The position numbers and the translations under genes were made by a program. A DNA stretch of 64,000 bases, from contig CAVNZM010000018.1 of NCBI GenBank assembly GCA_963693365.1, positions 677,861-741,860 on the forward strand. The letters are read 5' to 3'. Source of the stretch: Amoebidium appalachense (taxonomy: Eukaryota; Protista; Ichthyosporea). This document shows positions 1 through 64,000 of this stretch, piece after piece; positions within the stretch are counted from its first letter, which is position 1, and each line of letters starts with the position of its first letter. The notes under the pieces are model-generated. The model saw only the letters and a program-made list of their open reading frames with translations. It made no database searches and was not told where the DNA came from.

Positions 1-60371
<60,371 letters not shown>

Positions 60372-61211
60372 GTTTGTGCCCACATACCTCCCATCAATCC
60401 CACCCTGCACTGCATGGCATTGTGCGGCACACAGCTTTTAAGTGTATATTTTATGGCATTTTAGGCCGGCAATTTACACTGAGAACGTGCCTGCTTGACT
60501 ATGACTATGTACAGGTCTAAATACTTTTTCCCCTCAGGTTTCCAGCAATCTTGTTATTGATCTCTCCATCTCCCGCCTTCTGGCTAGTATCGTACCAATA
60601 TTCTGCAATTACTCTTGGAGCAATTGTTTGAGCATGGGGGCTGCAATTTGCATTTCTGTTACCAGAGGACCACCTAGGATGCTTGCTCATTCTCAATCCA
60701 ACCATGTGCGCTCATTATGATTCAAGAAAACTAACGGGTGTTGCTTGCAGGTGGGTCTGACAACGGGTCCCAAGGGCAACAACGGCATTGGTTGGCTCGT
60801 GTTCCCGTCGGAGATGACCCGTCAAGGCGATTGGCTGTTTTCTATTTACTGCTAGATAACGAGTCAGGACCCAGCTGGAGAATTATGACAAGCTGCTTGA
60901 TCTTGGAAATATACGGAAAAGAATGTTTCTGCAGGAACATATTTTATTATGCATTTATGAACACTGTCGAGGACAGTGGCTTTTTAGAGATGAGAAGTTT
61001 GATAATATGTATGTAGGCTTGGTCCGGCAGAATACCAATGACTTGCACTTTTTTTGCGTTCTGATTTGCAAATATTAAAATATATCTTGGAAACTCACAT
61101 AGGTATAAAGGTCAATAAAACGTTATCTGCATCGTAACTGTCTTAACCTGCACACACCGGACTTACTCCTAACCCCACCTACTTAACGCAACGGGATGTG
61201 GGGCTGTGTGT

Positions 61212-61249
<38 letters not shown>

Positions 61250-61713
61250 ATCACGGTGTGGGCGGTTGTTTGTGTGTGTATAGAGCATTATCTCTGCATG
61301 ATATAATTTGCTCATGAATCCCACACAACATACGACCGTCGTCTAGGCCCCTCCACTCAAAAACACGGGGTGTGGGGGGTGGTGTGTGTGCGTGTGTGGG
61401 TGTGCAAGGTGTTGTGATTCGTACACTACCTACCCAAGTGTATATGCATTACTGGTGTGGTCAGCAGAGATAATCTTGAGGCCGATGATAGGACACTGCC
61501 GTGTCCCGTCTTTATGTACTCGCGCTGCCTCCAAGGACAGTCGCTCAATCAGATCTAGATGTACAGATATGCAGTGCCAAGTACTCATCTAATTGGCTGA
61601 TGATATAAACAATCCCAGACACAGGGATCCAATCACTATTCAGATCTGCCATCTGAATTATGGGAATGTACCTCAAAACGTTCCTACGTGTTTGTGTACC
61701 ACACGGAATATCC

Positions 61714-61744
<31 letters not shown>

Positions 61745-61799
61745 ATGTTATGTTGAAACGCTAAGGTATGAATGTTAATATTCCAACACCCCCACTCGT

Positions 61800-62672
61800 T
61801 TAACATACCATCATGTGCAATAACACACACAGCCCCACTTCTTGCACATACATGTAAATCTCCTCAGTGAGATCGCCGTTGAGAAACGCTGTGACGATGT
61901 CCAACTGCGAAGTCTCCAGGCCCTCGGCGGCCGCAATGGCGAACAGGAGCCGGAAGCTGCTGAAGCTGGCCACTGGGCAGAATGTCTGCTCATAGTCGAT
62001 GCCTGCCTCCTGAGTGAATCCCCTGGCAATACCCCGTGCTTTGAGGTTATCTCTCCACGCGTCGGTGCCCCGCTTGGCGTCAAAGACCCACCGAAAGCCC
62101 CCACTGCCCGCCGTCCTGCAGGCAATGGTACAAGCTCCCAGGTGTTGTTGTCGACCAGAGATTTATAATCCTCATCCGCTGCTGCCTTCCACAGTTCAGC
62201 ATCTGGCCCTCCAAAGGGCGCCTGCTTCATAGTTGTAGGGATGGTGGGAGATGACAATGCCACGTTGTTGGCACTCTCAACTGTGCTGCACCTGTGATAA
62301 CGCGTACTGCGGCGCGTTAGGCTGGGTGGATACTTGGATGGGTGCCGGGCAGGTGTGGAGGTCGTGGGGCTGTCAGGAATCACGTTTGCAGATGACCTCC
62401 AGTCCTCCCCGTCGTCCTCAGACTCGCTGTCTGCCTTGTCAAGCGCCGGGAGGTCGTCATCGTCGCTGTTGTCACCATCAGTGTCCCGGGCTGTTGGCAC
62501 CTGATTTCCGATTGGCGAATCTTCCTGATTGCCGATTGGAGCCCTGGAAATTCCTTCGATCATTCCGATCTGCATTAAATGGGTGCTGGCTCGTCGAATC
62601 GGACGTCGCGGCGGATGATCACCTCGCGCCGCACGGGATCATCCCACAGCCGATAACCCTTGCTGTCGGTGC
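61800..62672 (-). pseudogene. Copia post-integrase region and truncated, frameshifted reverse transcriptase (RVT_2-like)
   Basis: SKGYRLWD..RDVRFDE; WKAAADEDYKSLVDNNTWELVPLP; after a frameshift RWVF..KARGIARGFTQEAGIDYEQTF..QLDIVTAFLNGDLTEEIYM, then truncated. Confidence 0.9.
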
Positions 62673-62878
62673 CAGGGATGTGTCGGTCACTGGCCGGGTG
62701 GGTCTCGGGCGGGTTTACGCAAAGGCCGGGTGGATCTCGGGCCGGGTCGTCTTTTTTTCGGTCCGGACCGGGTTGGTTCTTGGGTCTTGGACCCTTGTGA
62801 TCGGGTTGACCCGCGGGTTACCAAATGCGAAAACCTCGGGTGTTCGCCCGGACTGGCCATATACGTGTGTACATGTAT

Positions 62879-62924
<46 letters not shown>

Positions 62925-63525
62925 ACGTGTGTGTGTGTGTGATATGCTTGCGTGCGTGCGTGCTGTGTGTGCACATGTGCTCGCGGTGTGTGTGTGGCTT
63001 TTCCACGCATGGTGTCTACATGTGGACAGACAGTGCTCGTACGCGGTGCTTGCGGCTTACGTGACTATATAGAGCTTGGTAGTGGTGACTAAAGCAAACA
63101 CAACGTAACGTGCACAGCAGTTACGATTGTCTCTCTCTTTTTTCTTTTTCTTTTTCTTTCCCCTTTTTTATTAAAGCACTAGCCTAGCCTCAGTACTCTA
63201 CTACTGTAGCTAACTATGCCTCGGCAATGTTTATACTACCATATATGGACATGATTAAAATACTGTATTGTTATTAGTTCACTGTGCAATCCCTGAAAAC
63301 CAATTATCAATCCAAAATTTACTACTTATTATGGTTAATATATCATGCTTTACCCTGACCCGGCGGGAACTGACCGGGTCAGAGCCATCGGTCGGGCTGG
63401 GTACAAGTCTGACCCGCCGTGTCATAAAGCCGACCGGGTTTGAGCAAGAATGCCCCGGGTCGGGGTTGGGTAACGCCGACCCGGCCGGGTTGGTTCTCGG
63501 GTCGACCCAACCCGACACATCCCTG
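62673..63525. mobile_element. Non-autonomous hAT-type DNA transposon (MITE), 853 bp
   Basis: 14-bp TIR cagggatgtgtcgg / ccgacacatccctg; 8-bp TSD gtcggtgc (62665-62672, 63526-63533); many subterminal ACCCG/CGGGT motifs. Confidence 0.92.
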
Positions 63526-64000
63526 GTCGGTGCTGTAGCCCACGAAGATACACTTGTGGCTCTTGGCGTCCAGCTTGGTTCGCTTGGCATTCGGAATGTG
63601 TGCCCAGCATGTCGACCCAAATACACGCAGATGGCTAACATTGGGTTTCACCCCCCACCAAGCCTCATATGGCGTCATGCCATTCAGCGCCTTGGTAGGT
63701 GTGATGTTGCGAATGTATGCAGCTGTGTTGACGGCCTCTGCCCAGAAACGGTTTCCCAGGCCTGCCTCCTGCAGCATACACCGTGCCATCTCCATCAGAG
63801 AGCGGTTCTCACGCTCTGCCTTGCCGTTCTGCTCCGGTGCGTGGGGGAATGTGAATTCGTGCCTGATGCCGGACGAAGTTGTATGATCCACAAACTGCTT
63901 GGACCGATACTCCCCCCCGTCATCTGTGCGCAAGATTTGAATCTTGGTACGGAAACGGTTCCCATTGCGTGCCTGGTACTCCTTGAGTTTAGCCAGTACT
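63526..64000 (-). pseudogene. Copia integrase core and SH3-like region, interrupted by a MITE
   Basis: RTDDGGEY..PEQNGKAERENRSL..FWAEAVNTAAY..HLRVFGS..KLDAKSHKCIFVGYSTD. Confidence 0.93.

Larger units (their letters stand above)
61410..64000 (-). mobile_element. Degenerate Ty1/copia LTR retrotransposon (continues beyond window)
   Basis: Integrase then RT order; PPT GAGTGGGGG followed by TGTTGG at 61788 on the minus strand; far LTR end at 61410 is tentative. Confidence 0.9.

Noticed and set aside
60538-60719. Candidate terminal exon (VSSNLVIDLS...RSL*)
   Set aside because: The acceptor is plausible but the peptide has no recognisable features and competes with a GTC TAA ending at 60515; unresolved without cDNA
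62251-63072. 273-aa plus-strand ORF
   Set aside because: Antisense to the copia pol and running through the MITE and a (TG)n tract; no protein-like signal

Overview
Eukaryotic genomic DNA with GT-AG introns, CTRAC-like branch points and abundant poly-C, (CA)n and (CT)n tracts. Most of the ORF track is microsatellite noise. Splicing by hand shows that 1-60371 is essentially one plus-strand gene of about 84 exons and roughly 5,500 aa within the window, with its 5' end upstream. It encodes a giant extracellular lectin/adhesin in this order: F-type lectin domain; EGF-like domains; 29 divergent PAN/Apple domains separated by 28 Cys-rich linkers; PA14-like halves around three H-type-lectin-like repeats; a Calx-beta-like Ig domain; vWD with GDPH; a C8-like region; EGFs; an SdrD-B-like domain; furin-type sites; EGFs; a Thr/Gly/Ala mucin-like stretch; and an unassigned C-terminal domain. 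The most striking signal is that the array is mirror-symmetric about PAN15, with 14 type-A and 14 type-B linkers. Most linkers carry one unpaired Cys, and the only four that lost it (A9, A12, B3, B6) are exact mirror partners. This suggests a disulfide-zipped antiparallel hairpin rod. The gene also shows one in-frame TGA, two intron losses, one intron gain and a solo-LTR-like insertion with a duplicated splice acceptor. At the 3' end is a degenerate Ty1/copia element interrupted by a hAT-type MITE with an 8-bp TSD. All domain names come from motif recognition by eye, not from database searches.
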